Shown here one piece after another: positions 54,636 to 63,730 of a stretch of 64,000 bases of DNA. This DNA comes from Bacteroidota bacterium (GTDB lineage Bacteria; Bacteroidota; Bacteroidia; Bacteroidales; UBA4417): assembly GCA_022711175.1 (NCBI GenBank), contig JAKLFM010000001.1, positions 69,780-133,779 of the forward strand. The letters run 5' to 3'. Under the pieces are notes generated by a model. It ran no database searches, was not told the DNA's origin, and saw only the letters and a list, made by a program, of their open reading frames with translations. How positions within the stretch are numbered: position 1 is the stretch's first letter; every line of letters starts with the position of its first letter. A program made the position numbers and the translations under genes.

Positions 54636-54761
54636 GTTCCGGGTGCCGGGTTCCATGTGCCAGGTTCCAATTGGGTAGCCTTGTTCAACGGCAACACTAC
54701 GGCGCCCGGCACCCGGCACGCGGAACCTGAAACTTGAAACCTGAAACCTGAAACTAAAAAA
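54636..54761. repeat. Heptanucleotide-periodic inverted-repeat element immediately upstream of lgt
   Basis: Five in-phase units (GTTCCGG GTGCCGG GTTCCAT GTGCCAG GTTCCAA) are followed by a 35-nt spacer. Then come CCGGCAC CCGGCAC GCGGAAC CTGAAAC TTGAAAC CTGAAAC CTGAAAC, in the same 7-nt phase and ending 9 nt before the ATG. Confidence 0.75.
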
Positions 54762-54769
54762 ATCATCCT

Positions 54770-56788
54770 ATGTTCCCACGATTCAGCGACATGCTCAACT
54801 ACCTCTTCGGAACGAACTGGAATCTTCCGGTTCAAACCTACGGTTTCTTTCTTGCCCTGGCATTTGTGGTCGGCGCCACCATCCTTTACTTAGAGATGCA
54901 GCGCAAGGAAAAGGAAGGATTGCTGCTTCCGCAGAAGCGCAAAACCCTGAAAAACAAGCCTCCAACTACCAATGAAATCATTATCGGGACCATTGCCGCG
55001 TTTATTATTGTCTGGAAATTCGGCGGGATAATAACCCAATATGCCGATTTTTCGAAAAACCCGCAACATTACCTCACTTCAGGATCAGGGAATGCCTGGT
55101 TAGGAATCCTGGCAGCCGCAGCGTATGCGCTTTACCAGTTTTACCGGCAGAACAAACTTAAAAAGTTGAAAGCTGAATATATTGACGAGGTGATTCACCC
55201 GAAAGACCATACCTGGAACATCCTGATCATAGCCGTAGTTGCTGCACTCATCGGGTCAAAACTATTCGATATACTCGACAACTTCGGCGATTTTCTGCAA
55301 AATCCTGTCAAGAGTCTTTTTTCGTTCAGCGGTCTCACCTTCTATGGCGGGCTTATAGTTACAGTGATCACCCTGCTGTGGTACATGAAAAAGATAAAAC
55401 TCGACTGGCATCATGTCATTGATGCGGCAGCTCCTGCCATCATGATCGGGTATGCCGTGGGCAGGCTTGGTTGCCAGTTTGCCGGCGACGGTTGCTGGGG
55501 AATTGAAAATACCATGCCCAAACCTGAGTGGCTGGCCTGGCTGCCCGACTGGCTATGGGCTTTTAACTATCCGCACAATGTGTTGAATGAAGGTATTCCC
55601 ATAGCATCGTGTGAAGGCGATCATTGCCGCATGCTTGCCAATCCCGTATTCCCTACGCCCTTGTATGAGTCGATCGTATCATTTATCTGGTTTTTAGTGT
55701 TGTGGTTAATTCGCAAGCCCATTAAGGCGCCAGTTGTTCTCTTCGGGATTTACTTGATGATGAACGGGATCGAAAGGTTCCTGGTTGAAAAAATCAGGGT
55801 GAATAACCGTTTCGACTTTCTCGGCATGAAGGTCACGCAGGCTGAGATTATTTCAACCTGCCTTTTTATCGGCGGAATTATTATCATATGGTACTTCAGC
55901 CGGCAATACAAAAAGCTAAAAACAGAAATTTCTTTATATCTCAACTTACTTACATTCTGTCAGTTCATGAACCTTGAGAATATTTGCCACTCGGTGATAG
56001 AGATTGCCAGGGAAGCGGGACAATTCCAGATGGCTGAAATCAACAAAGTCCGTTCGGGTGATATAGAAGTAAAAGGACTGCATAATTTCGTCACATATGT
56101 TGATAAGACTTCTGAAGAGCAGATCGTTGCAGCATTGCAGGAACTCATTCCCGAAGCCGGTTTTGTAGCCGAGGAAGGCACGTCCGTTCACAAAGGGAGT
56201 CGTTTTAACTGGGTAGTTGACCCTCTCGACGGCACTACAAATTACATTCACAGGATTCCGCTATTCTCCGTCAGTATTGCGCTGATGGAAGGCGACGAAG
56301 TTGTGATAGGTGTGATCTATGAGCCCAATCTCAACGAGTGCTTTTACACCTGGCAGGGCGCCCCGGCCTATCTTAACGGCAGTGTTATAAGGGTTTCAAA
56401 CGAAACTTCGATGAGCAGGGCATTGCTCGCAACCGGTTTCCCGTATTATGATTACGGGCGGATGAAGGGTTACATGGATTTGTTCATGTATTTTGCCGAA
56501 AATACTTCCGGCCTCCGAAGATTGGGCAGTGCTGCCGTTGATCTCGCCTGGACGGCCTGCGGACGTTGCGAAGGTTTTTACGAGTACGGGCTGCACCCGT
56601 GGGACGTAGCTGCAGGTGCATTGCTGGTTGCAAATGCAGGTGGCAGGGTCACCGATTTCAAAGGAAGAAATGATTATATTTTCGGTGGCGAAATGCTGGC
56701 AACCAACAAGATACTGCACACTGAAATGCTTGATGCCGTAAAAGTACATTTTCCGGAAAAGAGTAAAGAGACCGGCATCAATAGCTGA
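54770..56788 (+). CDS. lgt: Prolipoprotein diacylglyceryl transferase (Lgt, residues 1-399) joined in frame, with no stop codon, to an inositol-monophosphatase/SuhB-family module (from ATG 55967)
   Basis: Lgt motifs are GLTFYGGLI and [14 protein letters not shown]. The IMPase motifs are FVAEEG and [14 protein letters not shown]. 55967 is in frame with 54770 (1197 nt = 399 codons). No stop occurs in the AT-rich linker. Confidence 0.75.
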   Translation: MFPRFSDMLNYLFGTNWNLPVQTYGFFLALAFVVGATILYLEMQRKEKEGLLLPQKRKTLKNKPPTTNEIIIGTIAAFIIVWKFGGIITQYADFSKNPQHYLTSGSGNAWLGILAAAAYALYQFYRQNKLKKLKAEYIDEVIHPKDHTWNILIIAVVAALIGSKLFDILDNFGDFLQNPVKSLFSFSGLTFYGGLIVTVITLLWYMKKIKLDWHHVIDAAAPAIMIGYAVGRLGCQFAGDGCWGIENTMPKPEWLAWLPDWLWAFNYPHNVLNEGIPIASCEGDHCRMLANPVFPTPLYESIVSFIWFLVLWLIRKPIKAPVVLFGIYLMMNGIERFLVEKIRVNNRFDFLGMKVTQAEIISTCLFIGGIIIIWYFSRQYKKLKTEISLYLNLLTFCQFMNLENICHSVIEIAREAGQFQMAEINKVRSGDIEVKGLHNFVTYVDKTSEEQIVAALQELIPEAGFVAEEGTSVHKGSRFNWVVDPLDGTTNYIHRIPLFSVSIALMEGDEVVIGVIYEPNLNECFYTWQGAPAYLNGSVIRVSNETSMSRALLATGFPYYDYGRMKGYMDLFMYFAENTSGLRRLGSAAVDLAWTACGRCEGFYEYGLHPWDVAAGALLVANAGGRVTDFKGRNDYIFGGEMLATNKILHTEMLDAVKVHFPEKSKETGINS

Positions 56789-56828
56789 AACATGGTTTCG
56801 ATCAATGATCAATTCATCCTCATACGCC

Positions 56829-57344
56829 ATGCCGGATAACAGGATAGAATTAATACAGGGCGACATCACCAAACTGGCTGTTGACGCCATTGTAAATGCC
56901 GCCAACCAGAGCCTCCTTGGTGGCGGCGGTGTTGACGGTGCCATTCATCGCGCTGCCGGGCCGGGATTGCTCGAAGAATGCCGCTCAATCGGCGGCTGCC
57001 CTACCGGCGAAGCCAGGATCACCAGAGGCTATAATCTGCCGGCCAAATTTGTTATACACACGGTTGGCCCGGTTTATCATGGCGGGAAATACGGAGAAGC
57101 TGAAAAACTGGCATCCTGCTATCGCAGCAGCCTTAAACTGGCTGTTGATAACGGATTGAAAACCATTGCATTTCCAAATATCAGTACCGGGGTTTATGGG
57201 TACCCCAAGGAAGAAGCATCACAACTTGCTATTGCAGTAGTCAAACAGTTTCTGGCAGGAGATGAAACTATTGAAAAGGTGGTTTTCTGCTGCTTTGACC
57301 ATGAAAACTACAGCTTGTACCATCGCTTGCTGAGTACCTGTTAA
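56829..57344 (+). CDS. Macro-domain protein (O-acetyl-ADP-ribose deacetylase, YmdB-like)
   Basis: [33 protein letters not shown] is the canonical macro-domain motif. Confidence 0.88.
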   Translation: MPDNRIELIQGDITKLAVDAIVNAANQSLLGGGGVDGAIHRAAGPGLLEECRSIGGCPTGEARITRGYNLPAKFVIHTVGPVYHGGKYGEAEKLASCYRSSLKLAVDNGLKTIAFPNISTGVYGYPKEEASQLAIAVVKQFLAGDETIEKVVFCCFDHENYSLYHRLLSTC

Positions 57345-57352
57345 TCAAATCA

Positions 57353-58180
57353 TTACCTTCTCCTGTCTCCGCCTTTATCAAGTGAAGTTCCGCACTTCTT
57401 ACAGTATTGGGCATCGTCGTCGTGCATGTCATAAAGACAATTCCGGCATACCTGCGAATTACGCACTTCTTTTGTCGTAATAAATGATGCAGTGACTAAA
57501 CCTGCTGGAACAGCAAGCATCGAATAACCGAGGATCATCACAAAACTGGCAAGGAATTGCCCGAACCCGGTAACCGGCGATATATCACCATAACCAACTG
57601 TGGTAAGGGTGACAATTGCCCAATAGATACTTGTCGGAATATCGGTAAATCCGCTGTCTTCCCCTTCGATCAGGTACATCATTGTACCGATAATGGTAGC
57701 CATGGTGAAAACGAAAACAATAAACACAAGAATCTTTTCCTTATTACTCCAAAGCGAACTGGCCAGCAACCGTCCGGCACGGGTATAACGGCTAAGTTTG
57801 AATATCCTGAAAATTCTTAAAAACCGGAGTATCCTTATCACTAATAAACTCTGGCCGACACCAAAAAACAATCCGAGGTATGAGGGCAGAATTGCCAAAA
57901 TGTCGATAAGGCCGTAAATACTGAAGATATATTTCCGGGGCCGTTCAACAACCCATATCCGGGCAATGTATTCAATGGTAAAGATCACCGTAATAATCCA
58001 CTCGAGTGTTCCCAGCAGGTTGAAGTATTTCCTGTGGATACTCACAACACTGTCGAGCATCACAAGAAGTATGCTTACCAGAATGGTGGCCAGCAATACA
58101 ACATCAAAGGTTTTCCCGGCCTTCGTATCTGACTCAAAGATGATGGTATAGAGTCGTTTTCGGAATATATTCATGAGCAT
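57353..58180 (-). CDS. Voltage-gated-type (6TM) potassium channel with a C-terminal zinc-ribbon
   Basis: The S4-like segment is LLVIRILRFLRIFRIFKLSR. The selectivity filter is TVGYGD. The C-terminus reads CRNC...CKKC. I prefer the internal ATG at 58180. Confidence 0.8.
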   Translation of the reverse strand: MLMNIFRKRLYTIIFESDTKAGKTFDVVLLATILVSILLVMLDSVVSIHRKYFNLLGTLEWIITVIFTIEYIARIWVVERPRKYIFSIYGLIDILAILPSYLGLFFGVGQSLLVIRILRFLRIFRIFKLSRYTRAGRLLASSLWSNKEKILVFIVFVFTMATIIGTMMYLIEGEDSGFTDIPTSIYWAIVTLTTVGYGDISPVTGFGQFLASFVMILGYSMLAVPAGLVTASFITTKEVRNSQVCRNCLYDMHDDDAQYCKKCGTSLDKGGDRRR

Positions 58181-58521
58181 TTTCGTTTTTGAGATAAATA
58201 TACATGACAAGCTAAGATAACAAGATATTTTCGTTACAAACAATACTCTGATGCAGTCGGTGACCGGAAGGATGTGAATCCCGGAATCTTGCAGAAGCAT
58301 TTACAGAACTATGCCGTCAATCATGTATTTAAGTTGTTGAAAACGAAGCTATTTAATTACCTGCTCTTTACTTTTACCATTCCGGAACTCAAACCTCGCC
58401 TGTCTATTTGCTCATTAGGATGATAAAGCTCAAAAATTCGGCTAATAATCGCAGTATGTCATAATGCCCAAAACAGATTTTCATTTTAATCACGGTTTCC
58501 TATCTTTACCACGTTGTTATC

Positions 58522-61521
58522 ATGACCAAATCAGCAATTCTTAAGCATCAGACGATTCTTACCAGGACATTTATTGCAGCCTGGTATCTGATCAGTTTGT
58601 TGATGGCATCTGGTTTGTCAGCCCAGCAATCAGAAAAAAACATTCATCTCTATGTCACTTCTTACGGGACCGAACAGGGCTTGAACCAGAGTATGGTCGC
58701 ACAGGTTATCCAGGACAACAGGGGACTTATCTGGATGGTGACGGGCGACGGGCTTCAGTGCTTCGATGGTAATGAATTCAGGTCGTTCAGGGTATCGGAT
58801 TCGGGAAATGGAAATCCCTCTGACAACATGATGCGGGAGATTGTGGAATACCGGCCAGGCGGGTTCATCATCTCTACATCTTCATCCATACTCAGCTTTA
58901 ATTCCTCTTCAGGAAAATTTCACATCATTGCACACAAATCAGGCTATTACCCCCGTGTGCTCACCAATTTATGTGCAGGCCTGCCAATGGCCTGGCTCGC
59001 CGATAAAAAACTTGCCTGCATTAAAGGAGATAGGATAATACCGGTCAAACTTCAATTTCTCGATAAGGAGCCTGTGCCTGATAACTTTTTCGCCACTCAC
59101 GACGTCATTACCTCAAACGGTGACCTGTTGCTTGATTCGGATGACGGGATTCTTGTTATTGAAGGCCTCAGAGACTCAATAAGGAATGAAAACAAGGCAC
59201 GTTGGATCAGGCTCAGGAACGGATGCCAGGGGATTGCCCGCGACCGGTCAGGTAATGCGCTAATACTATCAGGTGATCAGGTCCTTCGATATACAGGAGG
59301 AGGAAATCTTGAACCGGTTGTTAAAACAAATCGCTTCTCCACGGGACACCTGTTTGCCGACAGCAAAGGGACAATCTGGATATCGGACCGCGCAAAAAAA
59401 GAATTATACCGTATCCGCGACGGCATTACTTCTCAAGTAAACGTTTTTACACGCGAACGGAACCACTCCTACCCATTAACACCTGACGTCATTACGGTTT
59501 TTGAGGATAAGCAGGGCAACCTGTGGTTTGGTACCGACGGCGACGGCTTGTTTTGTCATACGCCCGGTCAGCTGCAATTTTACAATGCGAAAACCGGGTT
59601 TACACGCTGCCTGGGATCTTTGAACAACAGTATTTATGCCGGAACATACCGAAACGGCCTGTGGAAGCTTTCAGAAGATTTGTCGGTGGCAAGCAGAGTT
59701 CGCATCGATAACATGCCACCTGATCTGTATTTCCTGGATATTCTGGCCGACCGGCGGGGCCGCTTGTGGCTGGCTACCAACGAGGGTTTATTTATCACTG
59801 ATTCATCAGGATCGATCATTTATAAACAGGCACATACTGTAAAAACAGCTAAACTATTGAATTATAGCGCTGATACGATCTTATGCATTTTCGGCAATCA
59901 ACTGCAAATCTTCAGTACTGCCGGCAAGCCTGTTCTTCTGGATACCCTAATGTTTGCCAACGCAAGGGCATTTTGTAAAACAGGAATATACTGCTGGTTT
60001 GGCACGCCTTTCGGCCTTTATATTGCTGATGTTTCGGATGGTATTAAATCATTGAGAAATGTCTTTGTACATAGACCAATTCATCCTGAAGCAGTTTATG
60101 CCCTTTTACTGCATGAAGGCATCATATGGTCGGCAACAGATCATGGGATCAAGCGATACTCTGTCGCCGGAAAATTGCTCCCCGCCCTGCCTGTAACCCA
60201 GGAATTGCTTAACCATGTGATCTATGCTCTGGTTCCTGACCAACTCAACCGTATCTGGTTCAGCAGCAACAGGGGTATCGGTTGTATCAGCGAAAAGCGC
60301 GACCGTATCATCTGGTTCAATACCCGAAACAACCTGCAATCACTCGAATTCAACTCCAATGCATTCCTCAGAAACCAGCAGGGCTGGATATATTTTGGTG
60401 GCATCAATGGCATCAACGGCCTGAATCCACAACATTTCAATCCTGTAAAAACGATGCCTGAAATCCGGCTGATTACACTGAGCATCTCCGACACCTCATA
60501 CTCGGGTGGTATCCCACCGGAACATCTTCACCTTGACATCGACTGGCGTTCTCCACATGTAAGCGGAAGTGTTTTCACAACCGATTATCTGAATCCCGAA
60601 ATGCAGCAATTCTCGTTTTACCTCGAAGGGTATCAATCCGGCTGGGGCAAAATGTCGTCCGATCCTTCCTTTTCGTATCGTAACCTTCCACCCGGAAAAT
60701 ACAGACTGCTTGTAAAATGTACTGATGCTTATAAAAACATTTCCGGTGAGGTTTGCCTGCTTACGATAAGGATAAAGCCACCTTTCTGGAAAACATGGTG
60801 GTTTGCCATATTCTCAGCGATTGCTCTCCTATGTATTACCATATTGATTGTGCGAAAGTTACAGGAGATGCGTTACCGTGATAAATTGCATAAACTTGAG
60901 AAACAGAATGCCGTGAACCGGGAAAGACTAAGGATTGCGAAAGATATGCACGATGAAGTCGGCGCAAGCCTAACCCGCATTAGCATACTGAGCGAACTGG
61001 CGAAAAATGGAAAACAGAGCCAGGAAGAATCGATGAAAACCATTTCGCAGATTTCGGACATATCGGGCAATGTGGTGGATGAAATGAGTGAAATCATCTG
61101 GGCTATGAACCCGAAAAATGATTCGCTCGACAGTTTTGCAGCATACTTGAGAAGATATGCTTCAGGCTATCTCGAAACAGCCGGAATTGAAGGCAAATTT
61201 CCTTTTCCTGACGATATTCAGCCGGTGGCGATGTCGGCCGAACTGCGGAGGAATGTTTTTCTAACCGCCAAGGAGGCGTTGCATAACATGGTAAAACATT
61301 CGGGAGCTACGGAGGCTGAAGTCAGGCTGGAGTATTACGGTAAAAAGCTGGAATTGAGCCTTAGGGATAACGGGAACGGTTTCGACATTGAAAGTAAAAC
61401 CGGTTCAGGCAATGGACTGATCAATATGCAGAAAAGAATACAGGAGCTTGGGGGTGAGTTTTCAGTAACTTCAACGGTTGGCAAAGGAACGGAAGTCAGG
61501 TTGGTTGTCATTCTCGGATGA
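58522..61521 (+). CDS. Sensor histidine kinase with periplasmic two-component-regulator propeller / Y_Y_Y domains and HisKA_3 + HATPase_c
   Basis: A signal/TM segment is followed by repeated propeller motifs (G.LWFGTDGDGL). After Y_Y_Y-like and TM segments comes the H-box DMHDEVGASLTRI and then DNGNGF...GNGL. Confidence 0.85.
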   Translation: MTKSAILKHQTILTRTFIAAWYLISLLMASGLSAQQSEKNIHLYVTSYGTEQGLNQSMVAQVIQDNRGLIWMVTGDGLQCFDGNEFRSFRVSDSGNGNPSDNMMREIVEYRPGGFIISTSSSILSFNSSSGKFHIIAHKSGYYPRVLTNLCAGLPMAWLADKKLACIKGDRIIPVKLQFLDKEPVPDNFFATHDVITSNGDLLLDSDDGILVIEGLRDSIRNENKARWIRLRNGCQGIARDRSGNALILSGDQVLRYTGGGNLEPVVKTNRFSTGHLFADSKGTIWISDRAKKELYRIRDGITSQVNVFTRERNHSYPLTPDVITVFEDKQGNLWFGTDGDGLFCHTPGQLQFYNAKTGFTRCLGSLNNSIYAGTYRNGLWKLSEDLSVASRVRIDNMPPDLYFLDILADRRGRLWLATNEGLFITDSSGSIIYKQAHTVKTAKLLNYSADTILCIFGNQLQIFSTAGKPVLLDTLMFANARAFCKTGIYCWFGTPFGLYIADVSDGIKSLRNVFVHRPIHPEAVYALLLHEGIIWSATDHGIKRYSVAGKLLPALPVTQELLNHVIYALVPDQLNRIWFSSNRGIGCISEKRDRIIWFNTRNNLQSLEFNSNAFLRNQQGWIYFGGINGINGLNPQHFNPVKTMPEIRLITLSISDTSYSGGIPPEHLHLDIDWRSPHVSGSVFTTDYLNPEMQQFSFYLEGYQSGWGKMSSDPSFSYRNLPPGKYRLLVKCTDAYKNISGEVCLLTIRIKPPFWKTWWFAIFSAIALLCITILIVRKLQEMRYRDKLHKLEKQNAVNRERLRIAKDMHDEVGASLTRISILSELAKNGKQSQEESMKTISQISDISGNVVDEMSEIIWAMNPKNDSLDSFAAYLRRYASGYLETAGIEGKFPFPDDIQPVAMSAELRRNVFLTAKEALHNMVKHSGATEAEVRLEYYGKKLELSLRDNGNGFDIESKTGSGNGLINMQKRIQELGGEFSVTSTVGKGTEVRLVVILG

Positions 61522-61601
61522 TCAACAGTTTAACACGAAAGTGTGATGTTTTCGGGATTTCAGCATATTAACTTTGCTGCGCAGGATCAAACACAGGTGC
61601 A

Positions 61602-62234
61602 ATGAACAGGGAAATCAAAATTTTGATTGTTGATGATGATCAGGCCGTAAGAGAAGGGCTGAAAATGCTCATTGGAGGCTCTGAAGGCTTTCAGTGCGTT
61701 GCAGCCTGTGCGTCAGCCGAAGAAGCCCTCGAAATTATCCCCGGCACACTGCCTGATGTCGTGCTCATGGATATAAACCTGCCGGGCATGAACGGCATTG
61801 AGTGTGTTGTTTGCATCAGGAGTGCCCATCCCGAAATTCAGGTGATGATGCTGACCGTATTCGATAATACCGAAGAAATCTTTAAATCGCTGGCTGCCGG
61901 CGCAACAGGTTATCTGCTTAAAAAAACGCCGCCGGCCAAATTGCTCGAAGCTATTAGCGACCTTGTTAACGGCGGTTCGCCCATGAGCGGCGAAATTGCC
62001 CGCAAAGTTGTACAGACATTCACAAAACCTTCGGCATACCAGTTCCCTGATGCCAACCTAACACCCCGCGAGGAAGAAATACTTGGTTATCTGGCAAAGG
62101 GATTTCTGTACAAGGAAATTGCCAATGCCTTGTTTATCAATATAGAAACAGTGCGCACCCACATTCACAAGATCTATCAGAAACTCCAGGTACGCACCCG
62201 TACCGAAGTGCTGCTCAAGTTTATGAACCGATAG
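61602..62234 (+). CDS. NarL/FixJ (LuxR-type HTH) response regulator
   Basis: A receiver domain (ILIVDDD...VLMDINLPG) is followed by a C-terminal GerE/LuxR HTH (LTPREEEILGYLAKGFLYKEIA). Confidence 0.9.
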   Translation: MNREIKILIVDDDQAVREGLKMLIGGSEGFQCVAACASAEEALEIIPGTLPDVVLMDINLPGMNGIECVVCIRSAHPEIQVMMLTVFDNTEEIFKSLAAGATGYLLKKTPPAKLLEAISDLVNGGSPMSGEIARKVVQTFTKPSAYQFPDANLTPREEEILGYLAKGFLYKEIANALFINIETVRTHIHKIYQKLQVRTRTEVLLKFMNR

Positions 62235-62264
62235 CGGCTCCCTTATTCTTCACAGCAATCACAA

Positions 62265-62284
62265 AATCACACGTTCGTGTGATT
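62265..62284. promoter_or_regulatory. Perfect 9+2+9 palindrome AATCACACG-TT-CGTGTGATT (operator candidate, copy 1)
   Basis: The sequence was seen directly. Its 3' end lies 21 nt upstream of the -7-like box AACATTTG (62306-62313), and it is about 95 nt upstream of the 62378 ATG. Confidence 0.6.
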
Positions 62285-62377
62285 GACTGATGATATCCTT
62301 CTTGCAACATTTGCGACCAAACTGCGGCAAATTCATGGTAAGGTCCGTCAAAACTTGTCAACAAATAAAGCTAATCT

Positions 62378-63532
62378 ATGAGAACCATGTTTTACAAAGT
62401 ATTCAGCCTCTTCACCCTCACTGTCAGCGGCTTAAGTTTAATGGCTCAGACGGTCAAAGATATTGACGGTAACACGTATAAAACCTTGCGCATCGGAAAG
62501 GCACAAATAATGGCTGAAAATCTCAGGGTGAGGCATTACCAGAATGGCTCCCCCATACTTTTTGCACCTGAAGGTGAGGTATGGAAGCAATTAGGTGAAA
62601 AAGGCTTTGGAGCATGCTGTTTCTTTAATAACGACTCAACCACGGCAGCAACAACCGGCCTCATTTATAACTACTATGTTGCGGCCGACAAACGAAAAGT
62701 ATGCCCTTCGGGATGGAGAGTGCCATCAAAAGATGAGTGGGCCGCTCTGCTTGATTCTATCCTGTTGAAACACCCTGAGTTTATCCCAAAGAACGCCGTT
62801 CGTGCAGCCTGGGGTACCCGCTTTAACAGTTGGTCCGACAAAGGGTCACTGTGGTCGTCAACCATAAGTGAAAAAGACAGTACCAGAGGATATGCTTTGG
62901 ATTTTTCGTATGACAAATACTTTTTAACACCTTTTGCAGCAGCCGGAGATGGTATCAGGTGCATCGAAGGTACAGCCAACAACGCCGGAGACAAAACTTC
63001 TCTTGCATCGAATGCAGGCAGCCAGAAACAATCGACCTCCACTGTAATATCGGCAAGCCTCAATAAACCCAATAAAGAGGTTAACCCAAAGAAAAAGATG
63101 GTATTCGAAAAACATGTCACAGCGACATTTCCGGATACAATCACTGACAAGTATTCCGATAACAATAATATGTTTAAGGCCACTAGTTACAGGTCAAAAT
63201 CAAATGGGGCTGAATATGTAATAAAAATGTATGAATATACTGACGATGCTATAATAGCAATACAGAGAGCCAACAAAAATCCGCATCAGATGATAAGGGA
63301 TAACGAAGCCGATATGTATTCGGCCAAAGTTTCACTATTGAGCAGGTATTATGATAATCCGTGGGCGCCTCTTGCATTCAGCTTTAAACTCAATACATCC
63401 AATGCAATGATAGAGGCTATACAGGTGATCTTTAACGATAACGACGGATGCCTGGTCATGGTAGCAACTAACCGGGCAGCCGATCCGGCCCCTTTGCTAA
63501 AGAAATTTTTCAATACAATCCGTTTCAAATGA
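62378..63532 (+). CDS. Secreted protein with N-terminal Fibrobacter-succinogenes-major-paralogous (FISUMP)-like domain
   Basis: A signal peptide is present. DIDGNTYKTLRIGKAQIMAENLR and CPSGWRVPSKDEW are typical of that domain. Confidence 0.6.
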   Translation: MRTMFYKVFSLFTLTVSGLSLMAQTVKDIDGNTYKTLRIGKAQIMAENLRVRHYQNGSPILFAPEGEVWKQLGEKGFGACCFFNNDSTTAATTGLIYNYYVAADKRKVCPSGWRVPSKDEWAALLDSILLKHPEFIPKNAVRAAWGTRFNSWSDKGSLWSSTISEKDSTRGYALDFSYDKYFLTPFAAAGDGIRCIEGTANNAGDKTSLASNAGSQKQSTSTVISASLNKPNKEVNPKKKMVFEKHVTATFPDTITDKYSDNNNMFKATSYRSKSNGAEYVIKMYEYTDDAIIAIQRANKNPHQMIRDNEADMYSAKVSLLSRYYDNPWAPLAFSFKLNTSNAMIEAIQVIFNDNDGCLVMVATNRAADPAPLLKKFFNTIRFK

Positions 63533-63654
63533 TACGTTTTGAAAATTGAGGCATCTACGAGCTTCCTCAAATTTCATTATAAAGCTAAAGCTCTTTCGTG
63601 CTCTTTGTATTAAGCAAAGAATATTAGTTTACAAATCAAATGCTTCTGCACTAA

Positions 63655-63674
63655 AATCACACGTTCGTGTGATT
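63655..63674. promoter_or_regulatory. Perfect 9+2+9 palindrome AATCACACG-TT-CGTGTGATT (operator candidate, copy 2)
   Basis: The 23-nt block is identical to 62263-62285. Its 3' end lies 21 nt upstream of TAGTTTTG (63696-63703), a TAnnTTTG -7 box. Confidence 0.6.
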
Positions 63675-63730
63675 GCTAGCGTTACTGCTATGAGGTAGTT
63701 TTGTTAAACACATTCAAATTGTAACCGGTT

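Noticed and set aside
54636-54761. I considered whether the periodic repeat tracts (also 51094-51191) are CRISPR arrays or minisatellite coding repeats.
   Set aside because: The unit length is 7 nt with no unique spacers and no cas genes in the window. The tracts are intergenic. They are reported as a separate repeat family instead.
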